A stretch of 64,000 bases of DNA, from the NCBI GenBank assembly GCA_963769935.1, contig CAVYNY010000013.1, positions 576,001-640,000 of the forward strand. Direction: 5' to 3'. The translations under genes and the position numbers were made by a program. This DNA is from an uncultured delta proteobacterium. Its GTDB lineage: Bacteria > Desulfobacterota > Desulfobacteria > Desulfobacterales > JAFDCJ01. Positions 30,280 to 40,889 of this stretch are shown in pieces. The notes beneath the pieces were generated by a model. It did not search any database. It was not told the origin of the DNA and was given only the letters and a program-made list of their open reading frames with translations. The first letter of the stretch is position 1. Each line of letters starts with the position of its first letter.

Positions 30280-30393
30280 AAAGAATTTGCGGCCGGCGGC
30301 AATATTTTCGCGATAGCACGCGAACTCGACATTTCCCGAAATACGGTTTACAAAAAATTAAAGGAAGCGCACCGGAAACGACTGGAGTTGTAG
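30280..30393 (+). pseudogene. Fis-type HTH remnant of a sigma54 activator
   Basis: GGNIFAIARELDISRNTVYKKLK with no start codon. Confidence 0.6.
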
Positions 30394-30521
30394 GCCGCGG
30401 TTGCGGATGCCGGTTTCATGGTTTCAGGCTCAAATCTCAGGTCACCGCCCGGAAGGTTTAAAGGACAGGGGCATATCCCGCCGGGATGCGACAGCTGGAA
30501 ACGAGATTGAATTCCGGCTTA

Positions 30522-31625
30522 TTAATCACGCCACGGAAACACTTGCGGCCATTTTTCAGGCAGGCAGCGGGTATACATTCTTGAATATTCGGTGTCGACT
30601 CCGAGTTCTTCGGCTGCATGCCAGGCCCAGCGCGGGTCGAACATCATACCGCGCGCCAGGGCGACGATGTCGGCTTTACCGCCGGCGATGATTTCTTCCG
30701 CCTGACGCGCTTTGGTGATCATCCCCACCGTCCAGGTCTTTATCCCGGTTTCCGCCCGGATCAGCGCCGAAAACGGCACCTGGTAGCCGGGCCCGAAAGC
30801 TATCTTCTGGCGCAGATCCAGGCCGCCCGAGCTGACGTCGATAAAATCGCAGCCCAGCGATTTCAGCGCCTCGGCGAAAACCACGGATTCTTCCACGTTC
30901 CATCCCCCTTCCATCCAGTCAGTGGCCGATATTCGAATACCCAGCGGCTTGTCGTCCGGCCAGACCGCGCGCACGGCCTCGAATACTTCCAGCGGAAAGC
31001 GCATGCGATTCTCGAGTTTGCCGCCGTACTCGTCATGGCGCCGGTTGCTGAGGGGCGACAGAAACTGATGCAGCAGATAGCCGTGAGCGCCGTGCAGTTC
31101 GATGAGATCAAAACCGATGCGGGCCGCCCGTTCGGCGGCAGCGACAAATTCGGCTTTGACCGCCGCCAGACCCTCGCGACTCAAAGCCTGCGGTACGTGC
31201 CAGTCCGATCCGAATGGAATCGCCGAGGGCGCGCAGGTTGCCCAGGGGCGTTCACCGGCCGCCAGTGATTTGCCGCCCTCTGACGGCAGCTGCGCCGACC
31301 CCTTGCGTCCGGCATGCGCCAGTTGGATCCCCATGGGGGTCACGCCGTACCTGCGGCAGAAGTCGATCACCCGTTTTAACGCCGCTTCGTTCTCATCACT
31401 GTAAAGGCCCAGGCATTGGTGCGTGATGCGGCCGGCCGCCGATACGGCCGTGGCTTCGGTCATCACCAATCCGGCCGCTCCCATGGAAAATTGGCCCAGG
31501 TGCATCAGGTGCCAGTCGATTGCCGAGCCGTTTTGAGCGGCGTATTGACACATGGAAGAAACCGCGATGCGGTTCTTCAAGGTAAGACTGCGAAGTTCTA
31601 CAGGGGAAAAGAGTAGACTTGACAT
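30522..31625 (-). CDS. NADH:flavin oxidoreductase (old yellow enzyme, YqjM/NamA-like)
   Basis: NRIAVSSMCQY, QLAHAGRK, HGAHGYLLHQFLSP. Confidence 0.93.
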   Translation of the reverse strand: MSSLLFSPVELRSLTLKNRIAVSSMCQYAAQNGSAIDWHLMHLGQFSMGAAGLVMTEATAVSAAGRITHQCLGLYSDENEAALKRVIDFCRRYGVTPMGIQLAHAGRKGSAQLPSEGGKSLAAGERPWATCAPSAIPFGSDWHVPQALSREGLAAVKAEFVAAAERAARIGFDLIELHGAHGYLLHQFLSPLSNRRHDEYGGKLENRMRFPLEVFEAVRAVWPDDKPLGIRISATDWMEGGWNVEESVVFAEALKSLGCDFIDVSSGGLDLRQKIAFGPGYQVPFSALIRAETGIKTWTVGMITKARQAEEIIAGGKADIVALARGMMFDPRWAWHAAEELGVDTEYSRMYTRCLPEKWPQVFPWRD

Positions 31626-31941
31626 GAACAAAAAGACTCCTTTTTACCAAAAATTTCTTTTTCGGTCAAACTGGTCCCCCGACCATATAAACTTCGGCGG
31701 CCGGCGGCGGTGCTGAACTTTGAACCCTGAACCTATCAGATAGGATAGTAACCACAGACATTTTTTGATGTCAACGCCTATTTGGAAAAGCAGGCCAACG
31801 GGAAGAAGCCCGGCCGGCGAAAAGGAAGATTTCCAATTTACTGTCAGCTAAAACTACTTATATTCTAATTGCAATACTCTGAATTGCCTCAAATGCCTTT
31901 TTATTCCAATAATAAAATTTCCACACGAAGGAGAAAATAAC

Positions 31942-33357
31942 ATGAAAATGCATGTTGGCACCGGCTGGATCGACAAGCCGGAAGTTATAAAAGTTTTCAA
32001 TCCTTACGACGGCAGCGTGGTTGATACCGTCCCGAAATCAGACCTGAAAGACGTGGAAACGGCCATCGCTACTGCCGTGAGGGGCGCCCGGATAATGGCG
32101 CAGCTGACCGGATATGAGCGCTACCGTCTTCTCCATCGAGCAGCGGAGCTTTTGGAGGAACGGGCCGAGGAGTTTGCCCGTACAATTACGCTGGAAGAGG
32201 GAAAAGTTCTGGCCGAAGCCAGATTTGAAGCCGGGCGCACAGCCGAAATATTGAACCTGTCGGCGGAGGAAGCCAAACGCCTTTACGGTGAAACGATTCC
32301 ATTGGACGGAGGTCCCGGGGTTCGGGGAAAATTTGGATTCACCGTTCGGGTGCCGTGCGGGGTCGTATTGGCCATTTCCCCTTTTAATTTCCCGCTCCAT
32401 CTGGTGTGTCACAAGGTCGGCCCGGCGCTGGCCGCCGGAAATTCAGTGATTGTCAAACCCGCCACGGACACCCCCCTGTCCGCCCTCAAGCTGGTAGAAC
32501 TTCTTTTGGAAGTCGGATTTCCGGCAGAGGCTGTTCAGTGTTTAACCGGGTCCGGCGGAGAAATCGGAGATGCCTTGTGCGCTGATCCCCGAATCCGCAA
32601 GATATCGTTTACCGGAAGCCGGGATGTCGGCGAACATATCTGCAAGACGGCGGGACTCAAGAAAGTGACCATGGAGTTGGGCTCCAATTCTCCCCTGATC
32701 GTCATGCCCGATGCCGATCTGGACAAGGTCGCCGCCATAACGGCCGCGACCGGATATTCCAACGCCGGCCAGGTTTGCATCTCGGCCCAACGGGTCATGG
32801 TCAACGATAAAATATACGACGATTTTCTGGCTGCTCTCAGGCAGAAAGTCGCCGCCATCGCTACCGGCAATCCATTGGAAGAGAATGTAAAAATGGGACC
32901 CATGGTCCGCGAGCAGGATGCCGTGCGCGTTCAGGAATGGGTGCAGGACAGCGTCAAACATGGTGCCAGCTTATTGGTCGGGGGCGAAAGACAGGGGACG
33001 ATGTTGGCACCGACCTTAGTAGCAGATGTCAAACCCGACATGCGCATCTCCCGCGATGAGGTTTTCGGCCCCGTTGTCGGCACCACGCGCTTTAACGATA
33101 TCCACCAGGCGATCGAATATGCCAACAATACCAGATATGGATTGAGCGCGGCCATTTTTACCCGGAACCTCGACTGGGCGATGAAGTTCATCCAGGGAGT
33201 TGAATCCGGCAACATCCACGTCAACTGGGGCCCGCAATGGCGCACCGATCTGATGCCTTACGGCGGACTGAAAGAAAGCGGCATGGGCAAAGAGGGCCCG
33301 CGCTATGCGGTGGAGGAAATGACGGAAACGAAGATGGTGGTCATGCACCTGGAGTAA
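31942..33357 (+). CDS. aldehyde dehydrogenase
   Basis: PFNFP, FTGS, MELG, GQVCIS, EVFGP. Confidence 0.95.
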   Translation: MKMHVGTGWIDKPEVIKVFNPYDGSVVDTVPKSDLKDVETAIATAVRGARIMAQLTGYERYRLLHRAAELLEERAEEFARTITLEEGKVLAEARFEAGRTAEILNLSAEEAKRLYGETIPLDGGPGVRGKFGFTVRVPCGVVLAISPFNFPLHLVCHKVGPALAAGNSVIVKPATDTPLSALKLVELLLEVGFPAEAVQCLTGSGGEIGDALCADPRIRKISFTGSRDVGEHICKTAGLKKVTMELGSNSPLIVMPDADLDKVAAITAATGYSNAGQVCISAQRVMVNDKIYDDFLAALRQKVAAIATGNPLEENVKMGPMVREQDAVRVQEWVQDSVKHGASLLVGGERQGTMLAPTLVADVKPDMRISRDEVFGPVVGTTRFNDIHQAIEYANNTRYGLSAAIFTRNLDWAMKFIQGVESGNIHVNWGPQWRTDLMPYGGLKESGMGKEGPRYAVEEMTETKMVVMHLE

Positions 33358-33415
33358 AGGGTCCTGGCCCACAGAACCGGGTTTTCAATGTTAAAACTAA
33401 GACGGCGCCGGCCAG

Positions 33416-34261
33416 TTATTCGATCGCCAACCCGGTCTCCTCAAAAATCGGACGCAGAAAATCCAGGCTTTCGCGGCCGGCTTCATCCGGTGTGTCCTGG
33501 TAGGTATATAGCTCCAGACTGATATCCCCCGTGTAGCCAAGCTGCACCATGGAGGTGAAAACCTCTTTGAACTCAACAGCACCCCGGCCGGCAATCAGGT
33601 GATTGTGTTCCCGGCCGGGCGCAATATCTTCCAGGTGCACGTGCCCCACCCACTGGAATAACTCCTCAAAAGCCTGCCGGGGATCTTCTCCCACACAGAA
33701 AAAATGACCGATGTCAAAATTAAGACCGATGACTTTGGACTGCACGTCCTTGATAAAGTCCTTAAACTGAGCCTTGGTTTCAATCATGAGATCCGGTTCG
33801 GGTTCCACCAGAATCATAACGCCCAGCTCTTCTGCCAGTGAAACCACCTGCGCCAGTCCCTGGTGAAAGAGATGCAGGGCCTCCCGCCGGGCCAGGCCGT
33901 TCAGCGGGCCGCCCGGCGGAATCGAAATGTTGGGGCAGCCGATTTGTTTGGCAATTTTCAATGAATCAAGGGTGTGGCGGATACGGATCTCTCGGCGGGC
34001 TTTATCCGGTTCGATCCAGGAGGGCAAATAGGTATCGCCCACGGCGAAAAGCGTGAAACTGTTAAGGTTGGTCACCTTTATATTATTTTTAGCGATAACT
34101 TCATTGAGATGGTCTATTTGACGCCGGTCGAAATCAGGCGGATACAGATGCGGGCGATCGCCCATGATCTCGACGCCTTTAAAGCCGAGGCGTGCTATTT
34201 TTTCAATTGCTTCCGTCAGGGAAAATTTTTTAAAGGCGTTGGTGCTGTATCCGAATACCAT
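33416..34261 (-). CDS. sugar phosphate isomerase/epimerase (xylose-isomerase-like TIM barrel)
   Basis: VEPEP, DIGH, HVHLED, SLELY. Confidence 0.88.
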   Translation of the reverse strand: MVFGYSTNAFKKFSLTEAIEKIARLGFKGVEIMGDRPHLYPPDFDRRQIDHLNEVIAKNNIKVTNLNSFTLFAVGDTYLPSWIEPDKARREIRIRHTLDSLKIAKQIGCPNISIPPGGPLNGLARREALHLFHQGLAQVVSLAEELGVMILVEPEPDLMIETKAQFKDFIKDVQSKVIGLNFDIGHFFCVGEDPRQAFEELFQWVGHVHLEDIAPGREHNHLIAGRGAVEFKEVFTSMVQLGYTGDISLELYTYQDTPDEAGRESLDFLRPIFEETGLAIE

Positions 34262-34437
34262 AATCAGTTCCTCATCTCTGTAATTTCAGTTTGAACATTT
34301 TTGTTTTCAATACTTAACCTGGATTAATCGTAAAATGCCTAAAATGCACTAAAATGCCTAAATTGCCTAAAGTTATGGGGTCGCTGCGCTTCGTCCTTTA
34401 AAAATCGACAGGATACCTCAATTTTAGGCATTTCAAT

Positions 34438-35619
34438 TTATTCCAAGCTTCCTCCGCCGGAAATCTTCTCACGACACTCGCGTTCCAGCCGCGCCAGGCT
34501 GGTTACCTGATCCTGAAACGTCAGCGGCGGCGACTCTCCCACGGTCTTTTTAAAATAGAAGCCCAGCTCCGGGACCGGACCGCGGCGGCCTGCCATTTGC
34601 AGGGCCGCCGCCCACCGCGCCAGGTCTAAAACGAGGGGCGCTGCCAGAATGGAGTCCCGGCCCAGCAGATTGACCCGGATGCTCATGGGCAACCCGAACA
34701 TTCCCTTAAAATCAATGGCATCCCAGGCTTCCTTCGCATCGCCGCGCGGCGGGTAATAGTCGATATGGACCTTGTGAGCCGGTGCCCCGTAATTTTCGCC
34801 GACCCTGTAGCCTAGAAGGTCATCCAGCAATTGGGTTTTGTTGCTCAATTTGCCGGCCGCCCGGTCAGGATCCATCAGGTTGGCGCCGTCGGCATTACCG
34901 AGGATGTTTAGACTGTACCATCCATCGATCAGCAGGTTGCGGGCTTTCAGGGCGGATGCCAGGACCACTTTCAAATAAGTCTGGCCGGTCTTGCCGTCAC
35001 GCCCGGCAACCGGCACACCCTGCTTAACGGCTTCATCCAGCAGCACCGGGATTTCAACAATGTTCGGCGTAAAATTAACAACCGGCACACCGGCCGATAT
35101 GGCTGCCAGGCTGTAAGCCAGATCCGGCATAATACCCGTTTGCGCTTCGGCATATAACTGCGAAAGGCTATTGCATCCCGCGAGCTGATGGGACGCCGCC
35201 GCCGGCAACAGATTGACAAAGACCGCTCTGGCACGGGAATTCTGCGATTTAAAATTGATGATATCCCGGGCAAGCTGCTCAACCTGGTCCTGGAGGCCGG
35301 CCGTGGAGGCCGGGGCTTGCAGCACAGGTATACGGTCGAGATCCCGGGCATGCGGTTTCCAGATGGATTCGGCAATTACGCCGTGTCTTTGTATGGCAGC
35401 CGTGAGACTTTCGTCGGTGTTGTCCCATCCGGCCAGCCGGGTGGCCTGCAGAGGGCCCAAAAAAGAGAACAAATGTCCGGTTGTCAAACTGGGCACAACA
35501 GGCGCGGGATCGTGCCGCATGACAGTGACCGCCGCAGCCAGAGTGGAGGCCACAGCTCCCTTGGCGCCGGCCACCAGCAGAAGCAGAGCATCGGAGTCGG
35601 TATTATCTGATCGGGTCAT
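34438..35619 (-). CDS. ino1: myo-inositol-1-phosphate synthase
   Basis: GRDGKTGQT, NILGNADG, GDAKEAWD, DSILAAPLVLDL. Confidence 0.9.
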   Translation of the reverse strand: MTRSDNTDSDALLLLVAGAKGAVASTLAAAVTVMRHDPAPVVPSLTTGHLFSFLGPLQATRLAGWDNTDESLTAAIQRHGVIAESIWKPHARDLDRIPVLQAPASTAGLQDQVEQLARDIINFKSQNSRARAVFVNLLPAAASHQLAGCNSLSQLYAEAQTGIMPDLAYSLAAISAGVPVVNFTPNIVEIPVLLDEAVKQGVPVAGRDGKTGQTYLKVVLASALKARNLLIDGWYSLNILGNADGANLMDPDRAAGKLSNKTQLLDDLLGYRVGENYGAPAHKVHIDYYPPRGDAKEAWDAIDFKGMFGLPMSIRVNLLGRDSILAAPLVLDLARWAAALQMAGRRGPVPELGFYFKKTVGESPPLTFQDQVTSLARLERECREKISGGGSLE

Positions 35620-35869
35620 TAAAAATATCCTGGATGAAAATGGGTAAACGGCAAGTCATTAAATAACCATGAGTATATAAGGGAATGCATCAGGAGTGTC
35701 AAGCAGGTAAATGGGATCGGCAGGCTGCGTCAAGATCAGCGCTGGTTGAGTCGGGACAGAATACATCCCTTCCTATGCGACCTGCCTGCAATGCCTTTAA
35801 AAAGAGTCGCGGTCAATGTAAAAATTTGGTTTATAACTCACACGATGTCCGATGCAGGCAGGCGGGTAT

Positions 35870-36487
35870 TCACTTTTTTAGAGTTTGCGCTTCGATCGGA
35901 AGGGCTGCTTCGGCAGCCAGGTATTCAAATAAGGTGATGGAATCCCGGCTGTCCCACTCGCGGGGTCCCAAGGCGATGCCGATCACCTGGCCGGTCTTAT
36001 CAAGAATGATGGTGGTTGGAATTACCCGCAGGCCAAAGCCGGCACCGCTCGCCCCGCTTGAATCCAGCAGAGCCGTGAAAGTCAGGTTATTTTTCCTAAA
36101 AAAATCTTTAACCCGTGGCGCGCTGTCCTGTATGCTGATCGTCACCATTGCGAAATCCTTATTTCTTAGCTTCCGTTGCAATTTTTCCATCGCGGGCATT
36201 TCTGCCACACACGTTGGGCACCAGGTCGCCCAGAAATTAAGAAACACAATTTTGCCTCTGAAATCGGAAAGCCCGACACTGATGCCGTTTAAATCCGGCA
36301 GGCGGATGTCAACGGCATTTGGGCTGTGCCGGACCCTGACAACCTCCATTTTTTCCAACAGCCGATCCACATCATGACGGCCCGGTTTGGCCTCGGCCAG
36401 GGGATTGGCATCAAGGACAAAAAATACTGCCAATCCGGAGCCGATCAATAGAACACAAATCAAGGCTATCTTTATGTTTTTTTTCAT
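35870..36487 (-). CDS. TlpA/ResA-type thioredoxin
   Basis: N-terminal TM segment; FLNFWATWCPTC. Confidence 0.9.
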   Translation of the reverse strand: MKKNIKIALICVLLIGSGLAVFFVLDANPLAEAKPGRHDVDRLLEKMEVVRVRHSPNAVDIRLPDLNGISVGLSDFRGKIVFLNFWATWCPTCVAEMPAMEKLQRKLRNKDFAMVTISIQDSAPRVKDFFRKNNLTFTALLDSSGASGAGFGLRVIPTTIILDKTGQVIGIALGPREWDSRDSITLFEYLAAEAALPIEAQTLKK

Positions 36488-36552
36488 CAGGAAATTTATG
36501 CCCGTATTCCGGGCCCAGCAGATTCATCACAAAAAAAATATGGCCGCCACCA

Positions 36553-37330
36553 TCATCCGGTATAAAGGCTGCCGCCGGCCAGTGCTTGAATCCGGACGGG
36601 GGGCGGCTCTATTTTTCTTTCACCTTTGGGCCCTGTTTCGATTCTTCTTAAATTGGGACGATCTTCCCGCAGCTTGCCGTCGGAAACTCGCATAATGCGC
36701 TGGGCAAAGCCGGCACAGTCCGGACTGTGCGTCACCATGAGGATGGTCATGCCGTCCCGGTTAAGCTGAAGCAATAATCTCATAATTTCCCGGGTGGTCT
36801 GGGTATCCAAATTGCCGGTAGGTTCATCGGCCAGCAAAACCGGCGGTTCATTGACGATGGCCCGTGCAATCGCAACTCTTTCACTTTCTCCACCGGAAAT
36901 TTGATTTGGAAGGCGATGGGCTTTTTCACCCAACCCCACCTGACGCAAGGCTTCCTGCGCCATGGTTCGCTTCTTCCTGTTGCCGGCTTTAACAACCGTC
37001 AGCGGCAGCATGACATTTTCGACAACCGTCAGATAGGGTACGAGATGAAAGCTCTGGAAAATAAATCCCAGAAACTCCCGGCGAAAATCCGCCCTTTGTT
37101 CCTGCCGCAGGCCGTAGACGTCAATATCGTCGACTATCAGCCTGCCTGAGGTGGGGGCGTTCATGGCGCCCATCATCCCAAGCAGTGTCGATTTGCCGGC
37201 CCCGGATTCTCCCATTATGCCGATGAATTCACCTTCCTTGATTTGAAAGCTGATGTCATCAACGGCCGTAACAACCGCATCTCCACGGCCGTAATGTTTT
37301 AGTCAGGTTTTCAGCCGCTATATAGCTCAT
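36553..37330 (-). CDS. MacB/LolD-type ABC ATPase, apparent +1 frameshift near the start
   Basis: GESGAGKS, ISGGE, LLADEPTGNLD; N-terminus MSYIAAENLTK is out of frame at the T4 run 37297-37300. Confidence 0.85.
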
Positions 37331-37388
37331 ATATTAATTCCTTACTTGATTATTCTTTAAGTGGTCAAATAAATCCGAAGCACGAATG

Positions 37389-37488
37389 CCTGCCTGCCAA
37401 AGCCATATCGCTGACTTTGAATTATGATAGAAATTCTACTCCCTCTTCGAGCAGAAATATTGGCCGTGAAGTGGCATTGGCGGGCAGG
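37389..37488. mobile_element. 100-bp MITE-like insertion with 17-bp terminal inverted repeats
   Basis: CCTGCCTGCCAAAGCCA ... TGGCATTGGCGGGCAGG (15/17 match); removal restores GCACGAATGTCGAAATACGAAAC. Confidence 0.6.
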
Positions 37489-37530
37489 TCGAAATACGAA
37501 ACAAACTCTAATATTTTGTCATACCGCTTA

Positions 37531-38688
37531 CTACAGCGCCCGCAGGGCTTCATTCGGATCCAGCCGGGATGCCATAAACGCCGGATAGGCGCTCGAAAGC
37601 AAACCGACGGCCAGTGCAATGACAAAAGCGGCCCCGGCCAGCTCCCAGCTAAACGGAACAATTTCGGAGTGGCTTTCGCTAAACACCGCCAGAGCGGCCC
37701 GCGTGGCGCCAAATCCTGCAAAATAGCCGATGATGCCGGCCAAACCCGAAACTACGGCCGCCTCCATGAAGACGATGCGCATGACATGGCGCTTGCGAAA
37801 TCCGATCGCGCGAAAGATGCCGATCTCATCGGTCCGCTCCCTGACACTGCCCATCATCGTCACCAGAACCACCAGACTGCCGATCAGCAGAATGACCATC
37901 GAAATGCCGTAGGAAAATTTTTTAAACTGCGCCAGCGTCTCCATCCGGCTTTTGACAACCTGCTGGATGGCCATTACCTTGGCGTCGGGAAGCACTGCGG
38001 AAATCTGTTGCACCATGGCATCAATCGGGCAATCTTTGCAGAGAGCGGCGACTTCCGCCATTGAAACCTGCCCCTGTTTGTCGAAAACCGTTTGCGCCGT
38101 CGCAAGCCTGGTAAATATCAGCTGGTCATCCTGGGATCCGGTGGGTTGCAGTATGCCGGCAACGGCTAAATTATGATTGTTTATTTCAAGCCTGCTGCCG
38201 ATCTCCAAATTAAGCACCCGGGCGGCTTCAGCTCCCAGTATGATGCCGTCGGCCTCCGGCAGATCGCCCTGCAGCTTCCACCAGGGCTTTAAGATTGCGG
38301 CGGCCTTAAAATCGACACCAGCCATGAGAACTTTATGTTGGCCCACGTTGGCGACTCCCAGGACCAGCGGCCCCAAGGCCGCGATATTTCTTGAATTCTT
38401 GATAGTGTCCACCCGCGCCAGATCCGCCTGGTGAATTTCCTTCATCTCAAAAGACACGCCGCCCAGCGACAGCCCGCCATAGGAGAGTGCCAGATTCTCG
38501 GTTCTGGGAAGGATCAGAATGTTGGCCCCGTACTTTTCGAGCTTGTGATTGATATCGTTGCTCATGGCTTCAAGATAGCTGATAATTCCCACCACCGTCG
38601 ACACGCCGATGACTAGACCGGCCAGCACAAAAGCGGCTTTGCCTTTGCGCCGCAGAAGGTTTTTCATTGCTATGGAATTAAGGTTCAT
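37531..38688 (-). CDS. FtsX/MacB-type ABC permease
   Basis: ERTDEIGIFRAIG; 1+3 TM architecture. Confidence 0.92.
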   Translation of the reverse strand: MNLNSIAMKNLLRRKGKAAFVLAGLVIGVSTVVGIISYLEAMSNDINHKLEKYGANILILPRTENLALSYGGLSLGGVSFEMKEIHQADLARVDTIKNSRNIAALGPLVLGVANVGQHKVLMAGVDFKAAAILKPWWKLQGDLPEADGIILGAEAARVLNLEIGSRLEINNHNLAVAGILQPTGSQDDQLIFTRLATAQTVFDKQGQVSMAEVAALCKDCPIDAMVQQISAVLPDAKVMAIQQVVKSRMETLAQFKKFSYGISMVILLIGSLVVLVTMMGSVRERTDEIGIFRAIGFRKRHVMRIVFMEAAVVSGLAGIIGYFAGFGATRAALAVFSESHSEIVPFSWELAGAAFVIALAVGLLSSAYPAFMASRLDPNEALRAL

Positions 38689-38780
38689 TATCGATTCCTT
38701 ATTTTAAAAAACGAATTAAAACAGATGGCACACCGAAAATATTCAGTCTTCAATACTCAATCTTCAATATTCAATTCTGA

Positions 38781-39341
38781 TCAGGCCTTTCCGTCTAATT
38801 TAAAGTACTGCCCACCTTCCTGGATATCTTTGATCTGGATGACGACCTTGTCGTTCTGCATGCTTCTGTTCAAGGGCGCCGGATTGCAGCCGCCCTGGAT
38901 TTCATTGACCAGTACTGAGGCAAAGCGGCGGCCGCAGTTGCGGCAGACCATATAATCGCCGTCCTGGTAATAGCCTTTGCCGGCCGGCCAGCAAACATCA
39001 CAGGCATCGAATGCCGCCCGAATGATGCCGTCCGAACTTTTAAGAATGAAATAGCGAATGGTCAAATTACCGTCCGCATACTCGAAATGACGGGCCTTGC
39101 CGTCCTCAAACAGACGGGCGGGAAAAGAGACGAAGGTGCTGGTGGCCGTGACCGGAGCAGATGCAACCGCCGGACCGCTGCCCCTGCGGGCTGTCATGTA
39201 AAAAACAGCCGCACCCGCGATGACAACCACCCCGATAAGGGCGATAATAATCGGCATTTTGTTGGTTTTTTCAGTTCCGAGAACAGCCGCCTTTTTAGCT
39301 GCCATTTTATCCTGATTCTTTTTATCTGATTTTTTCGACAT
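38781..39341 (-). CDS. DUF2318 membrane-anchored Fe-S/metal protein
   Basis: DACDVC..CRNC..GGCNP. Confidence 0.85.
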   Translation of the reverse strand: MSKKSDKKNQDKMAAKKAAVLGTEKTNKMPIIIALIGVVVIAGAAVFYMTARRGSGPAVASAPVTATSTFVSFPARLFEDGKARHFEYADGNLTIRYFILKSSDGIIRAAFDACDVCWPAGKGYYQDGDYMVCRNCGRRFASVLVNEIQGGCNPAPLNRSMQNDKVVIQIKDIQEGGQYFKLDGKA

Positions 39342-39496
39342 GGTAACTCCTCCTTATATTGGATTTGAGCTGATTGGAGCCGGCTGCAGCTTCCGCGACC
39401 AAAACGGAAGGAAAAAAAGGGCAGCGCGTGAAATGTTTTACAGTAAACTACGAATTGCGTATTTGCGGCAGACATTCGTCCGCGCCGGGTGAAGTA

Positions 39497-39931
39497 TCAA
39501 ATGAGATAGGCGTGGTTCTGCAGATATAGGGGCGGCAAGTTGTATCTCTGGTCCGCAGGTTGAAAAATAATATTGCCGCTGAAATACCGGCTGCCACTGA
39601 AAGAATCGCTTGAAATAGCTGATGGACCGAATACAACATGACGGAGACTGCAGTACGAGACCGGAATAACCTCCGGTAATTTATAGGGCCGTGTGGATTG
39701 CAGGCCGCAGGGACTCAGCGGAACTTCGTTGCAGAAGGCTATCGAAGATTGCACCTGTTTTTGCGTGTGATGCGGCATGCCCGTCGGGCCGGTCTGACAG
39801 CAGCATTTCATACCGCAGTCCGCAGCGGCCATAGTGCCGGCAGCAAACAGACTGTTGCTGATAATAAGAGCCAGGGCAAAGCACATGCCCTTCAAAATGA
39901 TCGAACTCGATATTTTACGAATTCCATTCAT
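39497..39931 (-). CDS. Cys-rich exported hypothetical protein
   Basis: signal-like segment; CGMKCCC; PPLYLQNHAYLI tail typical of metal-operon leader proteins. Confidence 0.6.
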   Translation of the reverse strand: MNGIRKISSSIILKGMCFALALIISNSLFAAGTMAAADCGMKCCCQTGPTGMPHHTQKQVQSSIAFCNEVPLSPCGLQSTRPYKLPEVIPVSYCSLRHVVFGPSAISSDSFSGSRYFSGNIIFQPADQRYNLPPLYLQNHAYLI

Positions 39932-40174
39932 GGGCGGCCAATATACAGACTACCACATTGTGTTGTCAATAATAATTATTGAAAATTTTCCGCTAAAAGC
40001 CGATCGAAGAAGACGGCAAGACGGCATGCATCAATTCTCTTTACAAGATCGCCTATCGTATTTATAATTACGGAAAATCGGCTTCCGGAAGGGAAGCCAA
40101 TTATCTCAGGGTGTCGGCAATCAAAATGATCATATCAAAAGCAAAAGAATATATTCGGAAAGAAAGGATTCAAG

Positions 40175-40648
40175 ATGAGCTACGATTTCAATGCGGACGA
40201 TGTACTTGAAATGGCTGAACAGATGGAACGCAACGGCGCAAAATTCTATCGCACTGCCGCTGAAAGCACGCAAGATATCGGTAACAAGAAGTTTTTGCTG
40301 GAACTGGCCTCCATGGAAGACCAGCACGAAAAAACGTTCAAGGCGATGCGCGCCGAATTGTCCGCCAAAGAAAAAGAATCAACCGTTTTTGATCCCGAAG
40401 ACGAAGCGGCTCTATACTTGCGCGCCCTTGCCGACACCCGCGTCTTTTTTGAAAAAAAAATTGACGTAACTTCCCTGAAAGAAATTCTCAAATCCGCCAT
40501 CGAGGCTGAAAAAGACTCCATCGTTTTTTATCTGGGGATGAAGGAGGCGGTGCCCGAAAAATATGGCAAAGGAAGGTTGGACAATATTATCAAAGAGGAA
40601 ATGGGACACATCAGGCTGCTGAGCAGGAAACTGGTGGAAGAGAAATGA
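40175..40648 (+). CDS. ferritin-like/rubrerythrin-domain protein
   Basis: MERNGAKFY, EDQH, EKDSIVFY, EEMGH. Confidence 0.9.
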   Translation: MSYDFNADDVLEMAEQMERNGAKFYRTAAESTQDIGNKKFLLELASMEDQHEKTFKAMRAELSAKEKESTVFDPEDEAALYLRALADTRVFFEKKIDVTSLKEILKSAIEAEKDSIVFYLGMKEAVPEKYGKGRLDNIIKEEMGHIRLLSRKLVEEK

Positions 40649-40650
40649 AG

Positions 40651-40886
40651 GTTTCAGGGTTTAGAGGTTGAGCATTCAAAGGTTCAAAGCGGATTGAATA
40701 TTGAAAATTGTAGATTGAATATTTAAGGCGTTCCGTCTTTTTTAATTAGTCGAGCTGCTATTTTAGACCGAGACTAACATTGCCGGCCAATAGTTGAAGA
40801 AAGGCTAAAATCGATAGTATTCCACCAATTTTCAATATTCAATTTTCAATCTTCAATTATAACCATGACCCCTGAACTCTGAACCT
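40651..40886. repeat. nested inverted heptamer repeats
   Basis: outer GGTTCAGGG-like/CCCTGAACTCTGAACC arms; inner ATTGAAT/TTCAAT arrays. Confidence 0.7.
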
Positions 40887-40889
40887 GTA

